A DNA stretch of 63,584 nt, filler included, from Octopus bimaculoides (Eukaryota): NCBI RefSeq assembly GCF_001194135.2. It is 7 parts of 7 records of this genome, joined end to end, with 100 filler letters (N's around TTAATTAATTAA, not from the genome) between each part and the next. Parts side by side here need not be neighbours in the genome. Positions count along the whole stretch, not along the records: positions 1 to 15,004 come from NC_068991.1; positions 15,105 to 33,962 come from NC_069007.1; 5 more parts are not named here. One strand, written 5' to 3'. Below, in pieces: positions 12,876 through 23,549 of the stretch (positions are counted from its first letter, which is position 1; every line of letters starts with the position of its first letter). Made by a program: the position numbers and the translations under genes. The notes under the pieces are model-generated. The model had not been told where the DNA came from and ran no database searches. It saw only the letters and a list, made by a program, of their open reading frames with translations.

Positions 12876-14589
12876 CCACCCCTGTATAAATTAATCTGAT
12901 GCACAATATTACCCTGACCGTAATCCGTACTCCAGCAATCGAGACATAATAACGCCAAAGACTCATTCATTAATGTCCTCCTCTTCCGGTAGACATAAAA
13001 TCAAAAACAAGCAAAAGAAATTGGCTGAAAAACTTTTCCGTTTCGTTCTTTGACTCAAATTTCTGGTCCTAAACCCATGCCGCATTTCTAATCTTTTCCT
13101 TATCTTCGTTTTCTACTAAAAGGCAAAAGAAATTTATCTGTGGGCAACCCTGCTTTTATTGGTGGATCTTTGCTGTCCTTTATCTAAAGAAAGTTTTTAA
13201 CAGTTGAGTATCAGGTGAATAAAACAGCTTGTTTTATATTCTTGCCTCGTCGCAGTAAAATCTTTCTGAAACTCTTGTGGAAGTTATTTTTATAGTCAAC
13301 TTCGTTTCCTAGGTTTATATTTGTATTTATATTGGGTTTTTGTTTTTATCTTATCTTTAACGATAACCATTGTCTCAGATAAATGAAGGTAATGAAAAGT
13401 AAAATTAGAATCCGCAATGACCAAAGAAGTTCAGCTTCAAGTTCCGACATTGATGTAAAACTTTAAAGCTTTTTTTTAAACCTTTTCTCATTCTTCTTTA
13501 TATATATATATATATACATATATATTTTATAATACTGTCATGATGTTTATATCAATATTATCACCAACATGAAAGTTTGTGGGGAATCACAAAACCACAT
13601 ATTTATAGTGTTAAGAATAACGAAGAAGTTGCAGCGTCTATGCCTTTCGTAGATAATAAGTGACATGACAACATAAGTAGTATCGCAATGTTATCTTCCT
13701 GAGAACTTCTATCACCTGTAGTATATTGCAGACATCTTTGCCAAGACATCATGTTCACTGTTTCCAGAGAGGTAATATACTTTATATACATTTTATTGTA
13801 TTCTGTGTTAGATCCCAAGTATATTCTACTTGGATTTGAACGCAATAGCATGAGATACAGGCACAATGTAGAAACCGAAAAGTGTCTCGCGATTTCACTA
13901 TCAGTAGACTTTATTTATGTATACATGGCAGAGTGGGAAGAACTTCGAACAATATATTTTGTGGTATTTTGGTACGTGCTTTTACGTTACGTTCTGCATT
14001 TAGATCATGCCAGGGCGACTTTGCTTGTCATCCTAACGAAGTCAATAAAGTATGTACGAGGGTCTATGTAGTCGACTTTATGTTAATCGGGTCGTAGACA
14101 CAATTCCAAGTCGCTGGCTACGTTGATTGTTTCTCCACTTACCTTATTTACTCTATCACATATAAATAATGCTAAGTTTTATAAGTGGGGAAGTCAGTCT
14201 TTGTCTAGGTGGTGGCTTCCACGACTACCACCTTCGTATCTGGAAAAACATCTAGTCAATCTGCACACCCCTACAACGACATAATATTAATTCGCCAGAC
14301 CACTCCTGTTTGTGGAGTCACCTTAAATCACGATTCGAGCACCATCAACAAAGATGGAGAGACGACTCTAGGCATTTCTTTCCCTTTGGGAATAAATGGA
14401 TGCCTACTCCTACTTACTCTTTGCCTTAAAATAGCAGTTGCTAATGCATTCCCTCTACACTCTTCACTGCATTCATGACTTACACACCTACATATGTATG
14501 TATGTATGTATGCATGTATTTTGTATGTATGTATGTATGTGTGTATGTATGTGTGTGTGTATATATATATAGAGAGAGAGGGGGTGAGG

Positions 14590-14965
14590 GGGGCACAGTC
14601 GTGGCTGTGTGGTAAGAAGCTTCTTTCACAACACATGGTTCTGGGTTTAGTCCCATTGCGTGGCACCTTGGGCGAGTGCTTTCTAATATAGCCTCGGACA
14701 GACAAAAGCCTTGTGAGTGGATTTGGTAGGCAGAAACTGAAAGAAGCCCATTATATATATATATACTCTTTTACTTGTTTCAGTCTTTTGACTGTGGCCA
14801 TGCTGGAGCACCGCCTTTAGTCGAGCAAATCGACCCCAGGACTTATTCTTTAGAAGCCTATTACTTATTCTATCGGTCTCTTTTGCCGAACCGTTAAGTT
14901 ACGGGGACATAAACACACCAGCATCGGTTGTCAAGCGATGTTGGGGGGACAAACACAGACACACA
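14590..14965. mobile_element. SINE family B pieces (5' half on +, 3' half on -)
   Basis: GTGGCTGTGTGGTAAGAAGCTT..CACCTTGGGCGAGTG head and core at about 14600-14750, followed by the inverted tail (TTACTTGTTTCAGTC..GCTGGAGCACCGCC) at about 14768-14965. Confidence 0.85.
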
Positions 14966-15048
14966 AACACATACACACATACATATATATATATATACAT
15001 ATATNNNNNNNNNNNNNNNNNNNNNNNNNNNNNNNNNNNNNNNNNNNN

Positions 15049-15060
15049 TTAATTAATTAA
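15049..15060. other. Assembly linker TTAATTAATTAA inside a 100-nt gap (also 34007-34018, 39484-39495, 43057-43068, 50147-50158, 59460-59471)
   Basis: The identical 12-mer is flanked by 44 N on each side at six places. It is palindromic and has stop codons in all six frames. Confidence 0.95.
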
Positions 15061-15104
15061 NNNNNNNNNNNNNNNNNNNNNNNNNNNNNNNNNNNNNNNN
15101 NNNN

Positions 15105-15878
15105 GCCGGCCACACCAGTCACACCAACAAGTTCATCAATTGTTTACCAACGGTCCTTCATGATCAGGTCATGAATTTTCGTGATGTTTTCATTCATTGG
15201 GTGGAGGCGTGTGGCTTAGTGGTTAGGGTGTCAGTCCCATGATCGTAAGATTGTGGTTTCGATTCCTGGACCAGGCGACACGTTGTGTTCTTGAGCAAAA
15301 CACTTCATTTCACGTTGCTCCAGTCCACTCAGCTGGCAAAAATGAGTAACGCTGCGATGGACTGGCGTCCCGTCCAGCTGGGGAACACATACACCATTGA
15401 AACCGGGAAACCGGGCCCATGAGCCTGGCTAGGCTTTAAAGGGGCGCATTTATTATTTTTATTTTATTTTTCATTCATTGGGGATGTTGACGGTCGCCCT
15501 GAATGTGGTTGTTTTTCAAGCATCAAGTGACCATTCCGAAAATGTGAAAACCACTTGTGAACTTGTGTTTTGCTCATGGCAGCATCCTTGCAAGCTGTTT
15601 GAAGAATGACAACTGTTTTGGCTGCCATTTTCTCCAGCAGAAAACAATTTCATGGAAACATGCTGTTCCTTCGCTTCAGCCATCGCAAAAATCAACGAGC
15701 AGGGAAGAAGCACTGTAAGACAAAGACACACCACATGGCAGTATGACCATTGTTGACGCTGCCACTCGGCAGACTGATGCCTGGGGGTCACACCAAGTGG
15801 CTTATAGCGGCGGAAGCCTGGACTACAACAGGCATATACCACAGAGAATGATTCTGCTTACTTTTGGGTACCTCCTCG
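15105..15878 (-). mobile_element. Mariner transposon 5' part, interrupted by a SINE and cut by a gap
   Basis: TA|CGAGGAGGTACCCAAAAGT terminus at 15880-15860. Frameshifted N-terminus MAEAKEQHVSMK..CFLLEKMAAKTVVILQ..MSKTQVHKWFSHFRNG..QPHSGRPSTS|NENITKIHDLI (HTH region with the RSGRP-like motif). Confidence 0.88.
15202..15467 (+). mobile_element. tRNA-derived SINE with 15-bp target-site duplication
   Basis: A box TGGCTTAGTGG and B box GGTTTCGATTCC. TTTTCATTCATTGGG occurs at 15187-15201 and 15468-15482. Confidence 0.92.
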
Positions 15879-15987
15879 TATATATATATAAGCGTGACAT
15901 AGTTCACAGCTGAGTATACTGTGTTCTCCTGGATCAGCAATAGACAATTCAGTGATAAACGACGATAGAGGTATTTTCTATGTAAAA

Positions 15988-16018
<31 letters not shown>

Positions 16019-16036
16019 TGAAAAACTTAGAGTTAC

Positions 16037-16107
16037 CTCCCATGATATCTCGAGCGTTCTTTGCATTATTTGGTGAACTGTGAAATTTAAGGGACTGACC
16101 GACGGTG
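16037..16107 (-). CDS. Ig/FN3 gene exon 6 of 6 found: start of third FN3 (A)PSVSPLNFTVHQIMQRTLEISWE
   Basis: Acceptor TTCTATTTCCAG (AG at 16109-16108) and donor GAG|GTAACT. 71 nt, phase 1 to 0, in frame with exon 16392-16565. Confidence 0.85.
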
Positions 16108-16391
16108 CTGGAAATAGAAGTAAAATGATCTGTTAAAGACAAGTAACGGTATAGAATTGGTAGTGGTACCAAATATATTCTAGAATTTCATACAAGTGTT
16201 TCGAACTCGATGTACTTGTTGTTTAATTATCCATGGGCAAGTTCTCATGTATAATGCGCGGAAGTCAGGGAGATTTATAGTGTATTTTACCTGTGATACA
16301 CAGGACAGGCAAACAATTAAGTTATAAATGAAAAGGAAAACCAAGGTGATATAATTTTTTCTTTAGTTATAAAGAATTCTTCAGTTCTTAC

Positions 16392-16565
16392 CTTGTATTT
16401 CTGTTGTAACTGTGATAGGTGAAGAGAAATTCCCCCAAAGTTCTGTACCATTTTCAACATTGGCAGCTCTTACTCTGAAAATGTACGTTGTATAAGGATG
16501 TAAGCCGCGGACCGTATGGCTTATAAAGGGAGAATCTATGTTCACAAGTTCTTGAACAATTTGAT
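16392..16565 (-). CDS. Ig/FN3 gene exon 5: second half of FN3 #2 (D)QIVQELVNIDSPFISHTVRGLHPYTTYIFRVRAANVENGTELWGNFSSPITVTTEIQ
   Basis: FN3 signature GLHPYTTYIFRVRAAN. Acceptor TTTTTTTCTAATAG and donor AAG|GTAAGA. 174 nt, phase 1-1. Confidence 0.95.
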
Positions 16566-16759
16566 CTATTAGAAAAAAATAAATAAAAATCAATAAAATA
16601 AAATCGGTCAGTTAAGTGACTTGGCACCTTTTAGCTGCAATCTCTTCTTCATATTCCAGCATAAATTAAAATTTGAAAGTAATTTATGTTGCTCTAAAAG
16701 CCTAACCATAAGTAAAATAAAATTTTAAGTTAGTGTTTAGCATAATGTAAGGAATGTTG

Positions 16760-17265
16760 GAAAAGTTAATTAGAAATAATTGCAAGGTAAGACAGGTAGA
16801 TAATTAAAATTAGTGTTATAATATTTAATGTGGAGAACATTAAAACATCAGCCAGAAATAATTGAGGTGAGATAGACAGATAGTTAGGTTGGTATTAATA
16901 TATTTATGTGGAGGGTATGAAAAAGTTAAGAAATAATAGTGTTTCTCGAAAAATAGATAATTAAGTTAGTGTTACTATATTTAATGTAGGGAATATTAAA
17001 ATATTAACTAGATATAATTATGAGGTGAGACTAATAGATAATTAAAATTAGTGTTATAATATTTAATGTGGAGAATATTAAAACATCAGCTAGAAATAAT
17101 TGAGAACATATTTATGTAGGGAGTATTAAAAAGTTAATAAGAAATAATTGCGTTTCTCGAAAAATAGATAATTAAGTTAGTGTTACTATATTTAATGTAG
17201 GGAATATTAAAATGTTAACTAGAAATAATTACGAGGTGTGACAGACAGTTAAGTTAGTGTTAAAA
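16760..17265. repeat. AT-rich minisatellite, about 75-80 bp unit, with higher-order structure
   Basis: Recurrent TAGATAATTAA(A/G)TTAGTGTTA.TATATTTAATGT.G.GAATATTAAAA..TTAA.TAGAAATAATT motif, about seven units. Confidence 0.85.
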
Positions 17266-17666
17266 ATCCATGATAACTAATATGATAAAGAAGGTAATAG
17301 ACAACTGTGTGCACTGGAATGGTTGTCTATCCTTTCTTCTGTGAATAAATCAGTTAATAAAAAGTTGATACCTCCAAACTACGCTTTACTTTTACAACAG
17401 CCAATATCTATTTATTTATTTATGTAGTTATCCATTGATTTGTATTACAATGTAGACGTGATAAATTTTTGAATTAGTACAATAATTCATTGGAAATCTT
17501 TGCAAAAATATCATTTTCAATGATTAACCAGACCCAAAGTGACTTACAAGGAATAAAAACCAAGTTTGCTGCAGATAAACAGATAATATGTAAAGAATTG
17601 TGATAAGGTATAGATTGATTTCACATTTATCTTATGTAGAATCGGTTTAATCTTGAAACAAATGCA

Positions 17667-17887
17667 GCTGACCCTTTGAATTACAGGCACAACAGAAACA
17701 GGAAGAAAGAGTGAGAGAAAGTTGTGGTGAAAGAGTACAGCAGGGTTTGCCACCATCCCCTGCCGGAGCCTCGTGGAGCTTTAGGTGTTTTCGCTCAATA
17801 AACACTCACAACGCCCGGTCTGGGAATCGAAACCGTGATCCTATGACCGCGAGTCCGCTGCCCTAACCACTGGGCCATTGTGCCTCC
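17667..17887 (-). mobile_element. SINE family C (tRNA-like head GGAGGCGCAATGGCCCAGTGGTTAGGGCAGCGG), 5' half
   Basis: Near-identical to the 5' half of the full copy at 20994-21376. Confidence 0.92.
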
Positions 17888-18332
17888 TATTGTTGTATAC
17901 TCCCACTTTATTTATATTTGAAAAGTTTTCTCCTACTTTTTTGAATTGCAAAGTCTTTGATCAGATCCTCGCAATTTATCTTACATAACACATCTCCTTC
18001 TATATTTAGAAGAGATAAGACACCCTGAATATTATTTTAGCAAATTTAAAGGGATTTCTTTTGTACTGTAAACCATTTACCATTTGTATGTTGCTTCTGT
18101 TTCGTTTATGATCTTAGCACGTGCTTATTTTGCTTAATGGTCAATCAGGCACGGGTTATTAACAGTAATTAAAGAAAAAAATTATTTCCAAATTAAATGA
18201 TTTAAGTAAAGTCAGGCTTGATCTACCCTTGTTGTATCACTTTGATATTAGTTTTTGAGTGTTGAATAATCCAAAACACACAATAATTCCTACATAACAT
18301 TAGAAAATGATGAATGAAAAAACAAAGATTTC

Positions 18333-18366
<34 letters not shown>

Positions 18367-18466
18367 TTAACATCCATTTCCCCTGCTGGTATGGGTTGGA
18401 CATTTTGATAGGAGCTGACAAGCTGGAGGGCTGCACTGGGCCCCTCTCTGTTTTGGCAGGGTTTCT
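18333..18466 (-). mobile_element. Retroposon family E 3' end with (GAT)n tail
   Basis: (CAT)n-TTTAACATCC..TTTCCC.TGCTGG.ATGGGTTGGAC, as at 24885, 26884 and 27624. Confidence 0.75.
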
Positions 18467-18549
18467 NNNNNNNNNNNNNNNNNNNNNNNNNNNNNNNNNN
18501 NNNNNNNNNNNNNNNNNTTCCGATCTGTTAGTAGGGTGGGTGGGTTGTT

Positions 18550-18646
18550 TAGGTAGGTAGGTAGGTAGGGGTAGGTAGGTAGGTAGGTAGGAAGGTAGGT
18601 AGGGAGATAGGTAGGTAAGTAGGTAGGTAGGTAGGTAGGTAGGTAG
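18550..18646. repeat. (TAGG)n microsatellite
   Basis: Direct reading. Confidence 0.95.
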
Positions 18647-18736
18647 ATTTGACTGAACAGCCTTAAACAGTTCCTGATCTGGGATTTTTCAGAGGATGAA
18701 AAAAAGAAAAAAGAAAAACAGAAGCCATCAATCTAC

Positions 18737-18874
18737 CTTGTGTCCAGTTAAGTGAATCTCTGTACAGCTGGTACTTCTTTAGGTTACCATGGAGATATTT
18801 TGGCCTCCACCAGGACAGGTAGATACTAACAGGTGATGTTTGGACAACCTGAAGCCTGATTGGCTCTGAAGGAG
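18737..18874 (-). CDS. Ig/FN3 gene exon 4: first half of FN3 #2 (A)PSEPIRLQVVQTSPVSIYLSWWRPKYLHGNLKKYQLYRDSLNWTQ
   Basis: Acceptor TTTTTATTCCATTGCAG and donor AAG|GTAGAT. 138 nt, phase 1-1. FN3 W and Y positions are present. The ORF track misses it. Confidence 0.93.
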
Positions 18875-19502
18875 CTGCAATGGAATAAAAAGGTAAATAA
18901 AAAAATAAAATATAAAAGATAAAATCACAACAAATCTAAATGGATTATTGATCTGAGTCCATCGATGTGTTCCCTCACTCTGACTTTATAGCAATACTAC
19001 GATGGACCCTGCTTTTCAGAATTGGCTGGTCTCATATGAAAGGAATGGGCCTTAGAGGTTAAAGGATCGAATTAATAATAACAGGATCATGGTCTTGAAT
19101 TCCAGAAATCGGTGTATGTTGTGTTTCTGATAAAGACATAAACCCCTTATTCACATTGTTCCACTTGTATCAGTTGCACAGGAATGACCCTGCGAGAGGC
19201 TGGAGTCCCATTTTGGCTGAATGTGGTCATCTCATTTACTCATACACCATGGGGACTGGATAACTGGCAGATAAGTCCTAGAAGGCAGGACGATAATGTC
19301 CAGCAGTTGATCATGATGATCATGATTAAGCTCACATGCTGGTGTTGCACTGAATTCACAGGACTTGCCCATGTATCATCATCTTGTGACCCAGATTCTG
19401 TAGCCTCTCTCACAGATGCTTCTCTAACCTATATTTTCATCCCACTTTCCCTCAAATATTACACTGCTTAAAAGGATTTTTGTCCTTGGGTAGCAACTGT
19501 TA

Positions 19503-19872
19503 CTTTGTAAGGTTTTGATTTTGATTCCCAGTGGTCAGTTGTGTCCTTGACCGCGATACTCTATATCATGTTTCTCCAGTCCACTCAGTTGGCAAAGATG
19601 AGCTGTACCTGTAATTCAATTGGCCGGCCTTGTAATATTCTGTGTCATGCTGAATTTCCCTGAGAAGTACATTAAGGGTATGGTTTGTCTGTAGAGTGTT
19701 CAACCACCGGCATTTTAGTTTTGCAAGCATGACTGTGACGCTCCCCCACCACGCCTACTCATCATCAGAAATCCACTCACTGTCAGCCACTAAGGGACAT
19801 GCTCAAGTGGTTAAGGTCAAGCAACTGACAAAGCAAATCTGTTGTATTGAGCAGAATATTTGCTATAATGAT
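19503..19872 (+). mobile_element. Composite insertion (SINE D body + second repeat) between 27-bp direct repeats
   Basis: ATTTTTGTCCTTGGGTAGCAACTGTTA occurs at 19476-19502 and 19873-19899. The second part recurs at about 20180-20335. Confidence 0.75.
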
Positions 19873-19930
19873 ATTTTTGTCCTTGGGTAGCAACTGTTAT
19901 TTCCTATTTGCTAACCCTTAGAAAGAGCAT

Positions 19931-20090
19931 GGAGGCGCAATGGCCCAGTGGTTAGGGCAGCGGATTCGCGTTCATAGGATCGCGGTTTCGATTCCCAGAC
20001 TGGGCGTTGTGAGTGTTTATTGAGCGAAAACAGCAGGCTGTTCTGTTGATTGGATCAACTGAAACCCTCAACTGAAACCAACAACAACAA
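19931..20090 (+). mobile_element. SINE family C, internally deleted
   Basis: Head GGAGGCGCAATGGCCCAGTGG..GAGCGAAAACA is joined directly to the GCAGGCTGTT tail and (CAA)n. Confidence 0.9.
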
Positions 20091-20993
20091 CCCTTAGAAA
20101 GTATGAAAAATGGTTAATCTTTCCTTGAAAGTTTGCTTTTCTTACATTTATTCAAACCCTAAGAATCCCTCTCAACACATGGCTATAATGCTCCCTGCTC
20201 ATCATCAGAGAAGCACATATTGTCAGCTACCAAAGGACGTGCTCAAGTGGTTAAGGTCAAGCAACTGACAAGCAAATCTGTGGTATTCAGCAGAATATTT
20301 GCTATAACGATATTTCTGCTTCAGCAACTCGGCACTGAATCTGTGTGAAATGTAATGGAAAATAGGTGAGTTTCAAAACATTGATGTCCAGGTCAGAATT
20401 GCAAATTTTGAAAGGATTAATAGTGATTTCCATTGATTTCTAGATAGAAAAAAAATTAATGCGCTTTTTGTCGTCAGCATGGAAAATTACACTGAAATTA
20501 CATTTTATTTTTGAAAATAATCCATTAAAATATATATACAGTGATTTTGAAATATTTCGATCATAGACAAAAATTAGAAAAGCATTTAACAATCTCGTAA
20601 AATTTGCTAAAAATTTACGAGGAATCACTATGGGAAATAACTCTTACTATATCCCTATTTTGCAACTTAGAGTTACTTCCCTTGGTTGACTTTACTTAAA
20701 AACATTTTTTTTTTCTACTTCCCCACTTTCCAGTTTTCAAATTCTGCGACCAGCGAAAAATTTCGCTTACTTATTGCATGGATAATCTTAACTGACAAAT
20801 TAACGTTTTGCATAACACTGTATCACATATATGTGTAGGCCCATCGGATTAGGGATACTCTTTTTAGCAAAGTTATGTCTAAATACCATAAAAATATATA
20901 GATACCATATACACACCCATGTCCGTCTGGCCACCCGCCCACCTGCACGCACGCATGCACGCACACATATACATACATACATACATACATACA

Positions 20994-21376
20994 TGTTGTT
21001 GGCACTCCGTCGCTTACGACGTCGAGGGTTCCAGTTGATCCGATCAACGGAACAGCCTGCTCGTAAAATTAACGTGCAAGTGGCTGAGCACTCCACAGAC
21101 ACGTGTACCCTTAACGTAGTTCTCGGGGAGATTCAGCGTGATACAGTGTGACAAGGCTGACCCTTTGAATTACAGGCACAACAGAAACAGGAAGAAAGAG
21201 TGAGAGAAAGGTGTGGTGAAAGAGTACAGCAGGGTTCGCCACCATCGCCTGCCGGAGCCTCGTGGGGCTTTAGGTGTTTTCGCTCAATAAACACTCACAA
21301 CGCCCGGTCTGGGAATCGAAACCGTGATCCTATGACCGCGAGTCCGCTGCCCTAACCACTGGGCCATTGCGCCTCC
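20994..21376 (-). mobile_element. SINE family C, apparently full length
   Basis: A box TGGCCCAGTGG, B box GGTTTCGATTCC, body, and tail ending GGAGTGCCAACAACA. Confidence 0.93.
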
Positions 21377-21435
21377 ACTAACACACATACATACATACAT
21401 ACATATTAAACACACACACCCATATAAATGTGGAT

Positions 21436-21481
<46 letters not shown>

Positions 21482-21684
21482 ATGTATATATATTTATATA
21501 TATGGACACACACACACACTCACACACACGCGCGCGTACATATGTAACAGCATTTCATTTTGAATAATGAATGACAATACCTACAAAAACGGACAAACAT
21601 AGAGACAGACAGACACACATATTCCATTCCTTTGTCGCTGCTTTTCATTTTATTATTTTTTTTCTCGTTGGTTTTATTTATTAC

Positions 21685-21860
21685 CTGCCTGCCAGGTGGA
21701 AGCACTTTTCATATCACTCGGACTGCCCTCTCCAACTCGATTTCTTGCTGTGATAGTAAACACGTAGGTCTTGGCAGGCTCCAACCCAGTTACTAGCTGA
21801 GCAGTCACAGAACTAGGGATATTGTCCATGTACTTTTTGAACTGGGGTTTGTATAAGCTT
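21685..21860 (-). CDS. Ig/FN3 gene exon 3: second half of FN3 #1 (E)SLYKPQFKKYMDNIPSSVTAQLVTGLEPAKTYVFTITARNRVGEGSPSDMKSASTWQA
   Basis: FN3 signature GLEPAKTYVFTITARNRVGEG. Acceptor TTGTTGTCATTGCAG and donor CAG|GTAATA. 176 nt, phase 2 to 1, matching both neighbours. Confidence 0.95.
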
Positions 21861-21917
21861 CTGCAATGACAACAACAACAACAACAATAATAATAATCAT
21901 AATAATAATAATAATAA

Positions 21918-22177
21918 TAAATTCAAATTACGATAAACGTAAACAAGCAAACAAAGTTTGCTTTTTAGAAGCGTTGAAATGTCTTAGAAAGTTTAAGAAG
22001 TGATTTTAAAATTCTCAATCGCAGGATAATGCTAATAATATAGCCTGAACAGGATAAACTACCCCTATTTTGCAGAGAAAAGTGTAGGTAAATCTCTTCT
22101 TTAACTTTCTAAGACATCTCAACGCTTCTAAAAGCAAACTTCGTTTGTTTGTTTACGTTTGTCGTAATTTGAATTTA
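21918..22177. mobile_element. Foldback MITE with about 88-bp terminal inverted repeats, TA at both ends
   Basis: 21918-22006 (TAAATTCAAATTACGATAAACGTAAACAAGCAAACAAAGTTTGC...) is the reverse complement of 22090-22177 with few mismatches. Confidence 0.85.
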
Positions 22178-22304
22178 ACATATGATAGCGTCTCACAAAG
22201 CGAGATTTCTATACATCTTAAATTTGCAGTGGAATCTGTAGTAGAGGAGTTTGGCTCAATCGGTCAGAGCAACGTGACGAATGATAATAATAATAATAGT
22301 CCTT

Positions 22305-22503
22305 TCTACTACAGGCACAAGGCCTGAATTTTTTGGGGGGGAGGGGAACAATCAATCACATTGACTCCAGTACTAGACTGGTACTGAATTTATCAAAAGG
22401 ATGAAAGGCAAATTTGACCTTGGTGGAATTTGAACTCAGAACGTAGTGACAGACAAAATATCGCTAAGCATTTTGCCTGGCATGCTAACGATTCTTCCCT
22501 GCC
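22305..22503 (-). mobile_element. SINE family A
   Basis: GATGAAAGGCAAATTTGACCTTGGTGGAATTTGAACTCAGAACG is the reverse of the family A head and core. Confidence 0.85.
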
Positions 22504-22536
22504 TTAATAATAATAATAATAATAATAATGAAAAAA

Positions 22537-22916
22537 AAATTGCTTTCTGATTGATGTATCAATACCAGCAGATGACAACGTTTCTCTAAAAAAAATGGAG
22601 AAACTTTCAAAATACAAAGACCTGGAAATAGAGGTAACTCGAATGTGGAATCTAAAAACAGAAACAATTCCTATCATAGTAGGCGCATTAGGTATAATAA
22701 AAAAATATTCAGACAAATAAATAACAAAAACACCAGGACTTACAAATATATATAACATAGAGAAAATTGCACTACTGGGCACTGCACATATCCTACGCAA
22801 AACACTTTCAATACAGTAACCATAAGAGCATCACAGCAAACCACAGCACATACCCAAGGTGCACAGAGCTGCGCTCGGTAGCGAAGTGAAAGCACGTGAT
22901 AAAAATAAAACTACTG
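22537..22916 (+). mobile_element. R4/Dong-clade non-LTR retrotransposon 3' fragment (RLE endonuclease C-terminus + 3' UTR) in (TAA)n
   Basis: CFLIDVSIPADDNVS.K.MEKLSKYKDLEIEVTRMWNLKTETIPIIVGALG, typical of the RLE domain. (TAA)n lies on both sides. One nonsense change relative to the copy at 30621. Confidence 0.85.
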
Positions 22917-23390
22917 AATAATAATAATAATAAAAATCATAGATACGGAAAAGAGAAGATGCTTACTTATTGACCCAATATGCCTGTTCAATTCAAGGAT
23001 CGTAAAGACAGAGGAGGGAAAACAAAGAAAATACAATCCCTTAAAATTTGTAATAGGAAGAATTCAGATCATGTGAACAGTAAAAGGTCATGTCTATAAT
23101 GATTGGTGTGTTGGGGGACAGTAAGCCAAGATATAGACAAATGGCTGAAGGAGATTGGAATAGAATGCCTGGTGGGGGCTTCTACAGAATGTTTGTCTCT
23201 TGAGGACAGCAAGGATCAGTAGTGGGGTTGTTTAGTGGTAACCGCTGCCACCACTGCCACCACTGTTGGATTATTGCCATAATCCTTGGACAAACACATT
23301 GTGGCATGGTGCGACAAATCTGATGGTGGCGCCACCGCCGCCACCATCAACAACAACAACACTATATCATTGTAGCCCACAGTTACTTAC

Positions 23391-23520
23391 TCAGGTTTGT
23401 AACTGATAATGTAACCAGTAACATTGGTAAACGGTTCTTGTTCAGCAGGTTGCCATTCCAACATAATGGAAGTCGATGAAGTTGCGTAGAGTTTGGTCAA
23501 AGTTGGTGCTTTAGGTTGAC
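23391..23520 (-). CDS. Ig/FN3 gene exon 2: first half of FN3 #1 (G)QPKAPTLTKLYATSSTSIMLEWQPAEQEPFTNVTGYIISYKP
   Basis: Acceptor TTTCTTCATTTCAAG and donor TGA|GTAAGT. 130 nt, phase 1 to 2. Canonical FN3 TSIMLEW..P..GYIISY. Confidence 0.95.
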
Positions 23521-23549
23521 CTTGAAATGAAGAAATTCAAACATTAACC

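Noticed and set aside
12880-13000. LPEEEDINE..LWRYYVSI on the minus strand, resembling the continuation of FN3 #3
   Set aside because: It needs a frameshift, has an in-frame stop and has no AG acceptor at the right place.
13603-13720. Possible terminal exon GDRSSQEDNIAILLMLSCHLL..LFLTL* (GPI-signal-like)
   Set aside because: Weak pyrimidine tract, phase incompatible with exon 16037, and the intervening FN3 half is missing.
14143-14260. Strong minus-strand donor AAG|GTAAGT with an upstream TTTTTCCAG
   Set aside because: Stops in all three frames.
15005-15104. TTAATTAATTAA palindrome recurring six times, which could be mistaken for a regulatory or repeat system
   Set aside because: It is always centred in exactly 44 N + 12 + 44 N and stops all six frames, so it is an artificial scaffolding spacer. 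Contig order across these joins is uncertain.
16760-17265. CRISPR-like repeat-spacer array
   Set aside because: Eukaryotic context, and the units are diverged tandem copies without unique spacers.
20994-21376. tRNA-like sequences here and at other SINE heads, including 51055-51115
   Set aside because: They have A/B boxes but continue into SINE bodies and lack a full cloverleaf, so they are not tRNA genes.
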